Shown here: piece by piece, positions 21,282-31,510 of the stretch
Layout: every line of letters begins with the position of its first letter
Numbering within the stretch: position 1 is the stretch's first letter
Origin: Candidatus Moraniibacteriota bacterium
GTDB lineage: Bacteria; Patescibacteriota; Minisyncoccia; Moranbacterales; DUUL01
Length of the DNA stretch: 64,000 bases
Assembly (NCBI GenBank): GCA_027008775.1
Contig: JALVDV010000005.1
Location: forward strand, 3,300-67,299
Direction: 5' to 3'
The notes under the pieces: model-generated
Seen by the model: only the letters and a program-made list of their open reading frames with translations
What the model was told of the DNA's origin: nothing
Database searches by the model: none
Made by a program: the position numbers and the translations under genes

Positions 21282-22280
21282 TTAACGAATTACGAAATCT
21301 TTTACTTCACCCTCTTCATTTAAGATTAAATAATAGTAGTTGCGAATATAGTGATAGATGTCCATTTTGTATCGTAAAATTTCTTGTAAGAAAATTTTGG
21401 CGTACTTCCCACTATTTTTGTAAGACAAATAGTATTGTCCTTGTTTGTAGCCAAAATCTTTTTTGTCAAATTGTCCCAAGGTATGCATTTTAAACAGAGC
21501 CTTTTCAATTATACAGCGAAATGGTTCCATCATATCACAGGCTAAAGATTTTCTCTGAAAAAATAGTTGATGATAAATTCCTTTATAAGTATCAAAACCG
21601 TAAACTCGCAAAATGGAATCAATAAAATGAAAAAGGAAATTGTAGCCCATATCAAGCAGGATGTTATTTTCATCAACTTTTCCTCTGGGCACCCGCCGGT
21701 ACCAGTTTATTTTGGAAAAATAAGCGCTAAAAAAGTCTTTGGAAATTACGCCTTCTATTCCTCGGAGTGACGCCAAATCGTTAGTATTTTTTATTTTCTG
21801 GCGCATTTCTCTTTTATATTGCAAACGAGATTTCTTGTTAATTTTTTTAATTCCGGCACTACGCAACAAGGCAATTGAATTTCGTAATTTATTGGCAACG
21901 ATTTTTTGGGAAATTTTCAGAGATTGTTCCGGAGACAAAGAATATTGTTTTTGGCGCAAAATATAATTTCCTTCGGCATAAGCGCCCGTGTTAGCATAAG
22001 TCTCAAAATTACGTTTCAAAAAATACAAGGAGGCGCCGACTCGTGAAATTTTTTGCAATAACTTGCTAGTAATGGTTAGGTCTCCAATAATAAAAATTGC
22101 CACCAATTTGTTGACGGGAATTTTATCCTTAGTTTTTCCATCTTCTCTAATTAAAATATTTTCATTACGCAAACTCAATTGGCAATCGGGAATTTTCATT
22201 GCATCTAAGAAAAATATTTGTCTTTCTTTGAAATCGGGCGCCTGGATCATGGTGTTGAAATTAAAAGTTAACTGCCGCAT
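21282..22280 (-). CDS. cas1: CRISPR-associated integrase Cas1 (longest ORF extends to 22355; start at MRQ 22280 or MIQ 22250 more likely)
   Basis: About 330 aa; Cas1-like N-terminal beta-domain (IFFLDAMKIPDCQLSLRNENILIRED), position between cas4 and cas2. Confidence 0.85.
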   Translation of the reverse strand: MRQLTFNFNTMIQAPDFKERQIFFLDAMKIPDCQLSLRNENILIREDGKTKDKIPVNKLVAIFIIGDLTITSKLLQKISRVGASLYFLKRNFETYANTGAYAEGNYILRQKQYSLSPEQSLKISQKIVANKLRNSIALLRSAGIKKINKKSRLQYKREMRQKIKNTNDLASLRGIEGVISKDFFSAYFSKINWYRRVPRGKVDENNILLDMGYNFLFHFIDSILRVYGFDTYKGIYHQLFFQRKSLACDMMEPFRCIIEKALFKMHTLGQFDKKDFGYKQGQYYLSYKNSGKYAKIFLQEILRYKMDIYHYIRNYYYLILNEEGEVKDFVIR

Positions 22281-22881
22281 TTTGACGAGTTGCTCCACTT
22301 TCCTGACGGCATAACTCACGATAAATACAAGCAGAACATTTAGCCTTGCTAACATTTGTGTTTTTATGAAAGCTGAAACTTCTTATTTCAGAAAGTGTTT
22401 GCCAAAATAACTCTTTCTGTTTTTCGCCAATTTCAACCGGATAAACACGATTATCAACCAATGAATAAAGTTTTATTTTTTTAACGGGATATCCCATTTC
22501 CTCCAAGCACAATTTTTGAGCATATAATTGAAATAGATATCCGTCATAGACTTTTTTGATCATTCGCTTTCTTTCAATCAACTCCTGTTTTTTGGTGTCA
22601 TAGATATCAATCTTACCGATTATTCCGTGTCGGGCGGAGAAAACTTCCATTCCTTGTAAAATATTTTTTCGGGAAGAAAATTTTCCTTCTTCTACGCTTT
22701 TATGCGCAATTGTACCGGCAATCTGCGGGCGCGCTTTATATTGCGTTTTATCAAAACTTTCATAAACGCTGTGGAAATACAACGATCGCGGGCAAAAAGT
22801 GAAATCATTGATTTTAGAAATTTGGATATAATCGTAGTACATATTTTTTTGCTTAAATGAAAACAGCGCATTGTAGCACAA
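22261..22881 (-). CDS. cas4: CRISPR-associated exonuclease Cas4
   Basis: 206 aa; N-terminal CPRSLYF and C-terminal Cys cluster CSACIYRELC (RecB-like nuclease with Fe-S cysteines). Confidence 0.8.
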   Translation of the reverse strand: MCYNALFSFKQKNMYYDYIQISKINDFTFCPRSLYFHSVYESFDKTQYKARPQIAGTIAHKSVEEGKFSSRKNILQGMEVFSARHGIIGKIDIYDTKKQELIERKRMIKKVYDGYLFQLYAQKLCLEEMGYPVKKIKLYSLVDNRVYPVEIGEKQKELFWQTLSEIRSFSFHKNTNVSKAKCSACIYRELCRQESGATRQNAAVNF

Positions 22882-22917
22882 ACACGCTGTTTTGTCTAGA
22901 TGTCTATAGCAGGACCA

Positions 22918-25900
22918 TTAGTTATTATTTATTGCTCTTCTTTCAAATTCTGGATAAATAAGATTATAAGCCGCCAAAGTATCTGGAGAATCTATTCCAA
23001 GCTCATTATTTCCTATTTCAAAATCGCAAAACTGACATTTTTGCGTAATTTTTATATATTTTTTAATTCCGTCTTTATTAGTGAAATTAAATTGTAGGCA
23101 TTCAGGGCAAAAAGAGCTACTTTTACCAGTTGGCAAATACTTTATAATTCCCGCTTGTTTTAATTTTTTGATCTCTGCAAAGTAAATTGTTTGCCCCAAT
23201 TTTGGCGGAACTAAATCAAAATCATTTTCAATTTTTCCAAGTCTTCTGTAAAGAGCCCATTCAAATTCCCTGCTTATTGCCCTGCCGTTTTTACTGTGGT
23301 CATCCTTGAATTGAGCCGATAGGTCTTCAAGGTGAATAATCGCTTGGTTGTTAAATTCTTTTTCAATCAAATACGCTATCACACCTGCAATATTGCTTGC
23401 CAAAGCTTCTTTTGTGTTTTTAGGCAAAGTATCTATTGAAATTTGTCCTATTTTTATGAGTGGCAATACTCGTTCATTAAATATCTTCAACTTGTGTTCC
23501 AACACTTTTATCAAAAAAGCAGAAATGAAATTTTCTTTAACATCTTCTGTAATATTCCCATTTAAATACAAATAACTTGCATTTATTCCAAATTTTTTAG
23601 AATTTATTCCATTAAATTTAAGCTGAATTGTTTTTGTTTTATCAACAAACCCAGGTTCAGCCACTATAAGGTTTTCTACCTGCTCAATGTTCAAATCTGC
23701 AAAAGTGATATACATTAGTTGATTTACAACTGATGAAATATCAGCATTCATAATCACTTTATCTTTAATAACTTTTGCATAACTTAAATTTTCTTGGCTT
23801 ATTTCTTTTTCTATTAAGTGCTTGGTGTATTTTGTATAAGGCTTATTCTCATCAAACAAAAGCGATGGGTTTAAAAATATTTTAACTGCACCTTCTTGAT
23901 TTTCATCAAATATCTTTTTGTAATCTATGTAGTAAACCTGTATTTTCTGAAACTTTACTCTACCTTCCTCAATCTTTCCAAAAACAGCAGACACAAGTTC
24001 TGATTCACCCCTATCCAAACCAATTCTTACCGCATTTTTTAAGTTTTCATTAACCACTTTGTTTAATTCAAATATTCTTGTCTCCAAATCTTCATCTTGC
24101 GCAAAAGCTGGCAAAAAGTCTTCTTCTTCTTTTGCGTTTTTTGTAATAGTAAAGACAATGCTTAGTCTATCTTTACCACGTCTTGTTTTGCTTGCTAATT
24201 CTTTTAGCTCTTCACTACTTTGAGTATCAAGTCCTAATTCTAGGAAAATCTTAATCTCTGGGTTTAGTCTAATTGATTCAAAATCTTGTTTTTTAATACT
24301 TTGGAGTAATTCTTTTTCCTCCTTTAAGTATCTTCTGTTTTGCCTGTAATTTCCTTTTACTCCTGAGCTAGTAAGTAAAAACAAATTGCTAAATTGCAAA
24401 TTGTTTGGGTTGTTAAATTTCTTTTGTGCTTCTTGAATTAGTTTTATTAATTTACCACTATTTACATTTGCAACTAAAACAAAATTATAAAGCTCTGTAA
24501 AATCTTTTTTAAAGTCAGCTACATCGCTGTAATCTTTCTCTACAATTGAAATTGATTTTTCAGCAAACGAATGACTCAACTCAATATGACTAAATCGATT
24601 TTTTGAATTACAAATAAGCTTATCTACGACACCTATAAATTTATCAGCTTCTTTTTGTTCTTGTCCTCCAAGTGATGCATATTCTATAAGCTTTTTAAAC
24701 TCTTCTACTACTTTACATTTAAGTGCTGCTGCTTTTGTGCTATTAATAGATCCTGCATCAAGCAAGTATTTAATCAAAAACGCTTTAAATGCAAAAATTG
24801 TATGCCATTTGCCAGCTTTAAAAAATGGGATGAGCTCGCCCAAATTAGCACTTATCAAAGTCTTTGCAGAACGGAGAGTTAAAGATTCTATTTTGTAAAT
24901 TTTCTTGTCTCCAACAGGTTCATTTAATCTCTCAAGAGTGTATAAAAATTCTTTTTTAAATTTTTTGGGAACAAGTAATAAATCAAAGTTTTCATCTTTT
25001 TTATCTAAAACAAGCAATGCCAGATGGCTTAAATTTTTTTTATCCTTTTTATATGTTGCTATTTTTGCTTTTATATTGCCAATATATTTTGCAACTTTGT
25101 TTTTATTTTGAATAAAGTTAGATTTGTTTATTATGTGTGTATAATTTGTACCTGCTGTGTGCGCCGCCTTTTGTTTTTTATTGAGCAAAATTTCAATTAT
25201 TTGAGATTCTTCCAAGTTATCTTCTGACTTGTTGTTTATGATTTTTGCTAGCTCATTAGCTGCATTTTTGCGCTCTGGTTTTATTTGATATTTTTTGTTT
25301 TCTTTTCCAATCAAGTTATCAATTAAAACTTTTAAAATTCTGTTTCGCAAAAATTTAATTAGAAAATCATCTTTAATATTTGAGGGTAAATCTGGCAAGT
25401 ATTTTTTAAAAATATTTATTGCAGAATTTTTTATGTTCTGATCTATTTTTATTTTATTTACTCTTATTTTGTCTTTATTAGATTTTACAAATTCTTCCAA
25501 ATCAGAACCAATAATCTGCTTTGCAAGCTCATCTACCTCTTTTTTCAATCCTTTTATTTCAGTTTTATAACCTTCCGCAATAATTTTGTAAAACTTTTTT
25601 GTCCATTTCCCCGCTTCCTCTACTGTAATAAAGTTATCATTAATTGATTTTCCTAGATAATTCATCGTTGCTTTAAATGCATTTTTATGACCTGCTACAA
25701 ATCTGCTTATGTAATTTAAGTTATCTTTAAGATCCCCCGCCCAAACTTTTTGGGTCAACTTATCTTCTTCTTCTTTAATCTTTTTTTCTCTTTCTTCGAG
25801 AGTAGTTTGTCTTGTAAGAGTATGTTCGTTTAGCGATGCTGTTATGACTTCGTGAAATATGGAGAGTGATTCTTTGAGCTTATCTAAAATTTTTGATAGT

Positions 25901-26487
25901 TTTGCTAAAGTTTTTTGCAACTCTGCAAACTCTTGCGGAACAAGATCATCAGAATGATAATTTTGCTTTTGGATCAAATCAATTGCTTCTTTTAAGGTTG
26001 GCGCTTTTCGTTTTAGCAACTCATGTTCTATATCGAGTGAGCTTTTAAAGATTTCATCTAATATTTTTCTTGTATTTTTAGGAGAAAAATTGGGTGTATT
26101 TTTTTCTGTTAGTTGTTTTTCGAGCGAAATGAGTGATTCGTTTGTTTTTTTAAATAAAGTTGAGAAGAACCCTTTAAGTTTACGACTATTTAAGCGCAAG
26201 CTATCTGCTCGCCCAGAACCTGAAATAAACAAACCAAACTCTGACCCAATGATATGCGGAGAAAGTTTTAGCTTGTAGAGTAAACTTTTGTATTCATCTT
26301 TTTTTACTTCTTCTTTGTCAAATAATTCTATTACTTTCTTTAAAATCTCTATAAGTCTGGAACACAATTCTTCAGGATCAGCTGTATTCTTTTTATAAGT
26401 CTCGATTGCATTTTTTAAATTAGACTCAAAATTTTCATTAACTTTCAAAGCCAGTCTAATAGCAGATGTTTTTTGATACTTGTTCAT
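22918..26487 (-). CDS. cas12a2: Second type V effector, Cas12a2-like (RuvC nuclease with C-terminal zinc ribbon, no Nuc domain)
   Basis: 1189 aa, 19 bp downstream of cas12a. Motifs: N-terminal NKYQKTSAIRLALKV (like the Cas12a WED start), RuvC-I IGLDRGESE (~aa 826), RuvC-II IIHLEDLSAQ (~1054), CPEC...CQFC (~1127-1154), RuvC-III DSPDTLAAYNL (~1166). Confidence 0.7.
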   Translation of the reverse strand: MNKYQKTSAIRLALKVNENFESNLKNAIETYKKNTADPEELCSRLIEILKKVIELFDKEEVKKDEYKSLLYKLKLSPHIIGSEFGLFISGSGRADSLRLNSRKLKGFFSTLFKKTNESLISLEKQLTEKNTPNFSPKNTRKILDEIFKSSLDIEHELLKRKAPTLKEAIDLIQKQNYHSDDLVPQEFAELQKTLAKLSKILDKLKESLSIFHEVITASLNEHTLTRQTTLEEREKKIKEEEDKLTQKVWAGDLKDNLNYISRFVAGHKNAFKATMNYLGKSINDNFITVEEAGKWTKKFYKIIAEGYKTEIKGLKKEVDELAKQIIGSDLEEFVKSNKDKIRVNKIKIDQNIKNSAINIFKKYLPDLPSNIKDDFLIKFLRNRILKVLIDNLIGKENKKYQIKPERKNAANELAKIINNKSEDNLEESQIIEILLNKKQKAAHTAGTNYTHIINKSNFIQNKNKVAKYIGNIKAKIATYKKDKKNLSHLALLVLDKKDENFDLLLVPKKFKKEFLYTLERLNEPVGDKKIYKIESLTLRSAKTLISANLGELIPFFKAGKWHTIFAFKAFLIKYLLDAGSINSTKAAALKCKVVEEFKKLIEYASLGGQEQKEADKFIGVVDKLICNSKNRFSHIELSHSFAEKSISIVEKDYSDVADFKKDFTELYNFVLVANVNSGKLIKLIQEAQKKFNNPNNLQFSNLFLLTSSGVKGNYRQNRRYLKEEKELLQSIKKQDFESIRLNPEIKIFLELGLDTQSSEELKELASKTRRGKDRLSIVFTITKNAKEEEDFLPAFAQDEDLETRIFELNKVVNENLKNAVRIGLDRGESELVSAVFGKIEEGRVKFQKIQVYYIDYKKIFDENQEGAVKIFLNPSLLFDENKPYTKYTKHLIEKEISQENLSYAKVIKDKVIMNADISSVVNQLMYITFADLNIEQVENLIVAEPGFVDKTKTIQLKFNGINSKKFGINASYLYLNGNITEDVKENFISAFLIKVLEHKLKIFNERVLPLIKIGQISIDTLPKNTKEALASNIAGVIAYLIEKEFNNQAIIHLEDLSAQFKDDHSKNGRAISREFEWALYRRLGKIENDFDLVPPKLGQTIYFAEIKKLKQAGIIKYLPTGKSSSFCPECLQFNFTNKDGIKKYIKITQKCQFCDFEIGNNELGIDSPDTLAAYNLIYPEFERRAINNN

Positions 26488-26506
26488 ATTTGCATTTTAG
26501 CATATT

Positions 26507-29500
26507 TTATAAATCTCTTTGTTCACTTCTCTGTTGGTGTGTATACTCATCCCACTCTTTCAAAATGACTTTTGCCTTGTTTTTTTCCGCAAGATTTTGT
26601 TTTGCGAGTATTCCTTTTCTCGCAATATTATATGCACCAACTGCGTCGCCGTTTATAAGATGGTTTGCTTTTCTTGTATCAAAGTGACAACTTGGACATT
26701 GTAAAACATCTCTTTTGTCATCCTCTATGTCAGACCAGTTATCTTCAAAACGCAAGTTAGTCCAGTATTTAAGGGCCATTTTAAGTTTTGAAAAACTTAC
26801 TTCAATATCGGGAATTTCAAAAATATTTTTGTTAATGGCTAAATCATCCAAATCAACATCCAACAAAGCTTCTTTTAAAATTTTTGTTACATTAATCCTT
26901 TCTACATTATGCTGTTTTTTTCTCCAGACTGATCTATCTATATTGCTGTAAATTGTTTCAAAACCATTTGAATCTGTAAGTAAATAATCTGAACGGAATG
27001 GAATTTCATTGCCGCTGGGATTTTTATATTTATATTCCCATTTGTATTTTACAATAAATCTGTCGTTTTCTTTATCGTAGAATAGTTGCAAGTCTTTTTT
27101 ATCCATCATTTTTCTTATGTCTTTGCTTGAACCAAAATTTACACCCCGTCTTCTGTATCCGCACTTCGGACAAGTTTTTGAGGTAAACTTTGCATCCACA
27201 TAAAACACAACCCCTTGTTGTGAGCCCCATTTGTATTGCGGACCAACAGGTGGAACAAGTTGGTATGCATTTCTTATCCCTCCTGAGGTCTTTTCTTTTA
27301 CAAAGTATTCAAGCTTATGCAGAAGCGCATTTTCAAGTTGCTGATAAATATTTTTTTCAATTTTCATCCTTCCGCGCTTGAAGCCTCTGTTTAGCTCTTC
27401 CATTGTAAGAATCGTGTTATTATCAACAATCATTTCAGCAAGTTTGCGTATAACAAAAGATATGTAACCCTTCTTTAAGTCTTTTATCTGCTCTATTGTT
27501 TTCCAAAGCTTTCTGTTTTTCATTCTTTGCTCCTCCCTTGCAGTTAGTTTTTCCTGAAATTTAATGCCTTCTATTTCATTTAAAGAATCTATCTCTTTTA
27601 TATTTCCATCTTTATCAAGCAGGCAATAATAAGCCAAATGCTTTTCTCCTCTGTCTACTCCTATAACAGAGATTTCATCTTTATTATTTTTTATATATTC
27701 TTTAATTTCATCAGCAACTCCCCCCTTTCCTGCCAGCCTGTTTATTTCTATTGGAACATGGAATAATATTTTTGGACTTGCAAATCTCTTTTTTCTGTAA
27801 GGAATTTTATCTGTTTTTGGTTTTTTTAGTTCTGCTTTTGAAACTTTTTCTCTTTCTGACTCTGGCAATGCATCACGGAAAAATACTTCTGCTTGACCGG
27901 ATAGTTTAAATTGCGAATTCTTTTTATTTTCTGCTGAAAACAGCTCCAAAAAGTATAGAGTATGAATGTTTTTTGTTGAATCTGCCTCTTTTTTATCTGA
28001 AAAATCTTTATTGTAAATTTCAAATAACACCAAATTTGTAGGCGGATTCTTTTTGTTTACATTAATAAATTCTATTTCATACATATATTTTTCAAGGGTC
28101 GCAATATAACACATAGCAACTTCATTTCCAGATAAAACACCTTCTTTTTTATCAAGAATGCTTTTTATTTTATTAACAATGCAGTGTAACGGAATTGTGT
28201 TTAATATTTGTTCATCTACCAGATATTTTGACAATTCTTCCATTCTATCAAGTTTAGTACTCTTATCAGAATCATCGTCTTTGTATTCAGTAGAAAACTT
28301 TTTCGCATACAAACTCGACAGTTTTTCATAAGATAATTCAAAATCAACTTTACCTGATTCCAATAAAGCTACTATTTCTTTAAATTTATCTGTTATTGCA
28401 CTAAAATAATTTGTCTTAACAAATTTTTCATTCAAAAATTCTGCAAGCATTTTATTAATCTTTTTTACAGCCGTGTCAGGATTCTCTTTTCGTAATCTTT
28501 CAAGGGTGTAATTTGGTGAAGATTCATTAAAGTACCCTCTCCAACTAGATCCAAACAAGGTTTTATTCTTTAGTAGCTTGTATTCCATTATTTCAAAACC
28601 GTCTAAATTAAAATTGTTTTCTATCCTAAATGGCAATTTAGCATTAATTCCAAGATGATACTTATCATTCTTTTTTAATATAAATGCCTCATACTGATTT
28701 CCCCATCTGTTTTCTGTCTTTTTCAAAGACCATCCATCTGCTAGTTTTTGCCTTTCAAAAGTAAGCTTTATCTTATCCTCAACAACTATCGCTTTCGTAG
28801 CATAATTTCGCGTAGCATTGAATGCTTCGTTGATTTTGTTTTTTCTCGGATTTATTTTTACAATTTCTTGCAAAGCTTTATTTGTGTACAAACTTTCATC
28901 GTCTGCCAATTCAAACAAGTAAAGGAATTTGTTCATATCATTCAAGCGGTAAAACAAAATGCTTAACTTTTCCATGTAGTCATTACGTTTATTTTTGCTT
29001 TCTTTTATCTGTTCACCATGCGCGCTGACATAAGATTTTAAATCTTCAAACAACTCTCTTAAACTTTTATGCTCTGGGCAAGTTTTTTTGTCACAACTTT
29101 CTTCCATTTCTTTTTCTTCAACTGCTGTGTGCCAAGCTCTTCCATTTCTTAATGAATTAAAGTAAAGCTCAAATACTAAAAGTAAGTTATACAAAGCGGC
29201 GTCGCCTGTATCTTCTTGAGAAAATTTTTGTAGTTCTTCTTTTGGTAAGTTCCACGCGCTTTCTTCTTTTACCAATTTATACAAATCTTTTCCTGTAAGA
29301 TTTATTTTTGTCTTTTCTGAGCTGTCTGGATCTTCAACTTTAAACCTAAAAATTTGCACCAACTCACTCAGCGCTATTTCATTCTCATCTAAGAATTTGT
29401 TTACAGAATCAATAACTTGCTTTTCTTCCCCTGTCAATTCATCGTCTTTTTTGTTCTTTAATTCTTCTTTTACTCTTTTTACCGCATCGCGAAATACTTC

Positions 29501-30883
29501 CCAATTTCCAAATGCAAAATTAGATATGAAAGATAGCTGATTTGTATTTAGCCTAAACTCGCCTAATTCAGTCTCCGGGAAATTAAGTTTTTTATTTTCT
29601 TTATCAAGAAGTCCTGTAAATATATCTTTATCCAATAAGTCTACCGCGTATTGCAAAAATGGCTTTCCGTCATAATCATTTGCTACCAATAGGAATTTTT
29701 GCAACTCGTCAATAGTATCAAACTCTAAAAATTCATCTTTACTATCACTGTTTTCATCTTTGTTTTCTTTTCCTAAAATTTGCTTGTAAAGTTTTTTAAA
29801 GAAATCCGGTTTTTTGCCTGACCCTTGCAATTTCTCGTTTAAAAATCTGTTTGCAATCCCAACAGCTTTATTGTATATATCAATTTGAGATTGCGATAAA
29901 ACATTTGCAAAATTTTCAGGTTTAAATATATCTGAGTTTACAGATAATTCTTTGCTTAGCTGTTCATCTAATTTTGCTTTGTAGTCTTTTTCGGCTATTT
30001 GACTTAAATATTTTTGATAGTTTTGTACAAAAAGCTCGGCATTGTCATCAAGAATTCTTGTTGTGATTTGATGTGCGAGGCCTTTTACAATTCCGCTGTT
30101 TTCTGTATCTGAATCATACCCATCGGTATCATATATTTTCGCGCGAATTTGATAGAATTTGCGTAAATAAGTTTTCCATTTATGAAAAAACGAAAATGGA
30201 TTCAATGCGTCTGCTTCTTTACCCCAGCTTATATCTTCTAAATCCCAATCTTGTTCGTCTATATAATGTTTAAAAATCTCAGCTTTTTTTAAATCTTCAA
30301 TAGGAATTTCTCTAAAAGCTTCTACTAATTTATCTGCCCCAGGGTCACCAGCACCTGTTAAAGCATTAAAGTCAATCGTAATATTTCTTTCACCTATCGC
30401 AATTTCTATTGCGTTATTTTTGTTTTTTAAAACCTTGTTTATTGAGCTGGCCAATTCTTTTTTAAGTTTATTTACATTTTTCTCAATATCTGATAAGTCA
30501 TCACTTTCTCTTGATTTTTTGTTTTTATAATCAACTAATTTATTTATAAGTGAGGCAAAATCATCAGAAAGGGATTCTGTATTATCATTTTCACTTAAAA
30601 CCCTGTCTATATACTCTGCATGCAAAGCGGTAACAAGCTTTTTAAACAGAGAAAAAACTCTCGCGCGTTTCTTGTCTCTTTCTAAAAGGTGTACTCCGGT
30701 TTTATTTTTGTTTATAAAATATTTCGCTTTATCTTCCCTTGTAATTTTATCCATACTTGAATACCCTCTCTCGCTTACAATTTCTTCTAGTTCCTCGTCT
30801 ATTAAAACAGGAACGAGTGAGAAGCGAAGCGTTTTTTGTAATGAATACTTGTTCGTAAAATCTTTAAAGCTTTGTGTGGTCAT
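26507..30883 (-). CDS. cas12a: Type V-A effector Cas12a (Cpf1), 1458 aa
   Basis: N-terminal FTNKYSLQKTLRFSLVPV; RuvC-I IGVDRGEKHLAYY; RuvC-II ELNRGFKRGRMKIEKNIYQQLE; RuvC-III GDAVGAYNIARKG. Confidence 0.92.
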   Translation of the reverse strand: MTTQSFKDFTNKYSLQKTLRFSLVPVLIDEELEEIVSERGYSSMDKITREDKAKYFINKNKTGVHLLERDKKRARVFSLFKKLVTALHAEYIDRVLSENDNTESLSDDFASLINKLVDYKNKKSRESDDLSDIEKNVNKLKKELASSINKVLKNKNNAIEIAIGERNITIDFNALTGAGDPGADKLVEAFREIPIEDLKKAEIFKHYIDEQDWDLEDISWGKEADALNPFSFFHKWKTYLRKFYQIRAKIYDTDGYDSDTENSGIVKGLAHQITTRILDDNAELFVQNYQKYLSQIAEKDYKAKLDEQLSKELSVNSDIFKPENFANVLSQSQIDIYNKAVGIANRFLNEKLQGSGKKPDFFKKLYKQILGKENKDENSDSKDEFLEFDTIDELQKFLLVANDYDGKPFLQYAVDLLDKDIFTGLLDKENKKLNFPETELGEFRLNTNQLSFISNFAFGNWEVFRDAVKRVKEELKNKKDDELTGEEKQVIDSVNKFLDENEIALSELVQIFRFKVEDPDSSEKTKINLTGKDLYKLVKEESAWNLPKEELQKFSQEDTGDAALYNLLLVFELYFNSLRNGRAWHTAVEEKEMEESCDKKTCPEHKSLRELFEDLKSYVSAHGEQIKESKNKRNDYMEKLSILFYRLNDMNKFLYLFELADDESLYTNKALQEIVKINPRKNKINEAFNATRNYATKAIVVEDKIKLTFERQKLADGWSLKKTENRWGNQYEAFILKKNDKYHLGINAKLPFRIENNFNLDGFEIMEYKLLKNKTLFGSSWRGYFNESSPNYTLERLRKENPDTAVKKINKMLAEFLNEKFVKTNYFSAITDKFKEIVALLESGKVDFELSYEKLSSLYAKKFSTEYKDDDSDKSTKLDRMEELSKYLVDEQILNTIPLHCIVNKIKSILDKKEGVLSGNEVAMCYIATLEKYMYEIEFINVNKKNPPTNLVLFEIYNKDFSDKKEADSTKNIHTLYFLELFSAENKKNSQFKLSGQAEVFFRDALPESEREKVSKAELKKPKTDKIPYRKKRFASPKILFHVPIEINRLAGKGGVADEIKEYIKNNKDEISVIGVDRGEKHLAYYCLLDKDGNIKEIDSLNEIEGIKFQEKLTAREEQRMKNRKLWKTIEQIKDLKKGYISFVIRKLAEMIVDNNTILTMEELNRGFKRGRMKIEKNIYQQLENALLHKLEYFVKEKTSGGIRNAYQLVPPVGPQYKWGSQQGVVFYVDAKFTSKTCPKCGYRRRGVNFGSSKDIRKMMDKKDLQLFYDKENDRFIVKYKWEYKYKNPSGNEIPFRSDYLLTDSNGFETIYSNIDRSVWRKKQHNVERINVTKILKEALLDVDLDDLAINKNIFEIPDIEVSFSKLKMALKYWTNLRFEDNWSDIEDDKRDVLQCPSCHFDTRKANHLINGDAVGAYNIARKGILAKQNLAEKNKAKVILKEWDEYTHQQRSEQRDL

Positions 30884-30937
30884 AGATAATTTTATTAAAA
30901 CTTATAAATAAACAGAAAAGCTCCCGCAAGGCGAATG

Positions 30938-30993
30938 TGACCACACACAAAAAAAATACCTCACGGAAGCTTCTCAATTTTTGTGTGTGGTCA
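30938..30993. promoter_or_regulatory. 15-bp perfect inverted repeat (TGACCACACACAAAA / TTTTGTGTGTGGTCA) 55 bp upstream of the cas12a start
   Basis: Arms 30938-30952 and 30979-30993, 26-nt spacer containing GAAGCTTC palindrome. Confidence 0.5.
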
Positions 30994-31195
30994 TCATGTC
31001 TTTATAATACAATCTTATCCTTAATAAAGCAAGTTTTGTCTGGCAAACAAAAGCCGTTAAATGTGTTTTATCCCACTAGTTGTTATTCTAAATTTTGTTT
31101 GATTATAAATTTTTTACTTAAAGTTTATCTAACGCTATCCTCATTTTGATAAATATTGCGCAGTCTTTTGATAATTGCCGATAGCTTGGCGGTAG

Positions 31196-31510
31196 CTAAT
31201 TGTTTCTTAGGGCGTGGTTGAGGGTTTTGGCGGTGATTTTGATAATTCTGGCGGTGGTGTATTTTTGTCCGGGGGCGATTTTAGCTTCCACTTTTTGCAA
31301 ATCTCTGACGGTGGAGTTGTTTGCTCGTAAAAAATTGTCTATTTTGGCCAAAAGCTCTCGGGAAATATTTTGCTGATCATTCCATTTTTGCTCGGCTATG
31401 ATTTTCGCCTCCCCCTTTTCGGACGGACTCGGCTTTTTTAATTGCAAAGTTATGATGTCTTCTTGGTTAAGAGAAATAATCAAAATGTTTCTGTGTGTTT
31501 TTTTGGTCAT
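31196..31510 (-). CDS. Short TsaB/YeaZ-like protein (N-terminal ASKHA-fold fragment of the t6A pathway)
   Basis: 104 aa; RNILIISLNQEDIITLQL...ISRELLAKIDNFL...DLQKVEAKIAPGQKYTTARIIKITAKTLNHAL parallels the TsaB N-terminal domain pattern. Confidence 0.45.
   Translation of the reverse strand: MTKKTHRNILIISLNQEDIITLQLKKPSPSEKGEAKIIAEQKWNDQQNISRELLAKIDNFLRANNSTVRDLQKVEAKIAPGQKYTTARIIKITAKTLNHALRNN

Noticed and set aside
22918-26487. Possibility that the 1189-aa ORF is a duplicated or fragmentary Cas12a
   Set aside because: It has its own start 19 bp after the cas12a stop, and a complete but different C-terminal half (Cys4 zinc ribbon between RuvC-II and RuvC-III, no Nuc). Apart from the WED-like N-terminus I could find no recognisable collinear identity with the adjacent Cas12a
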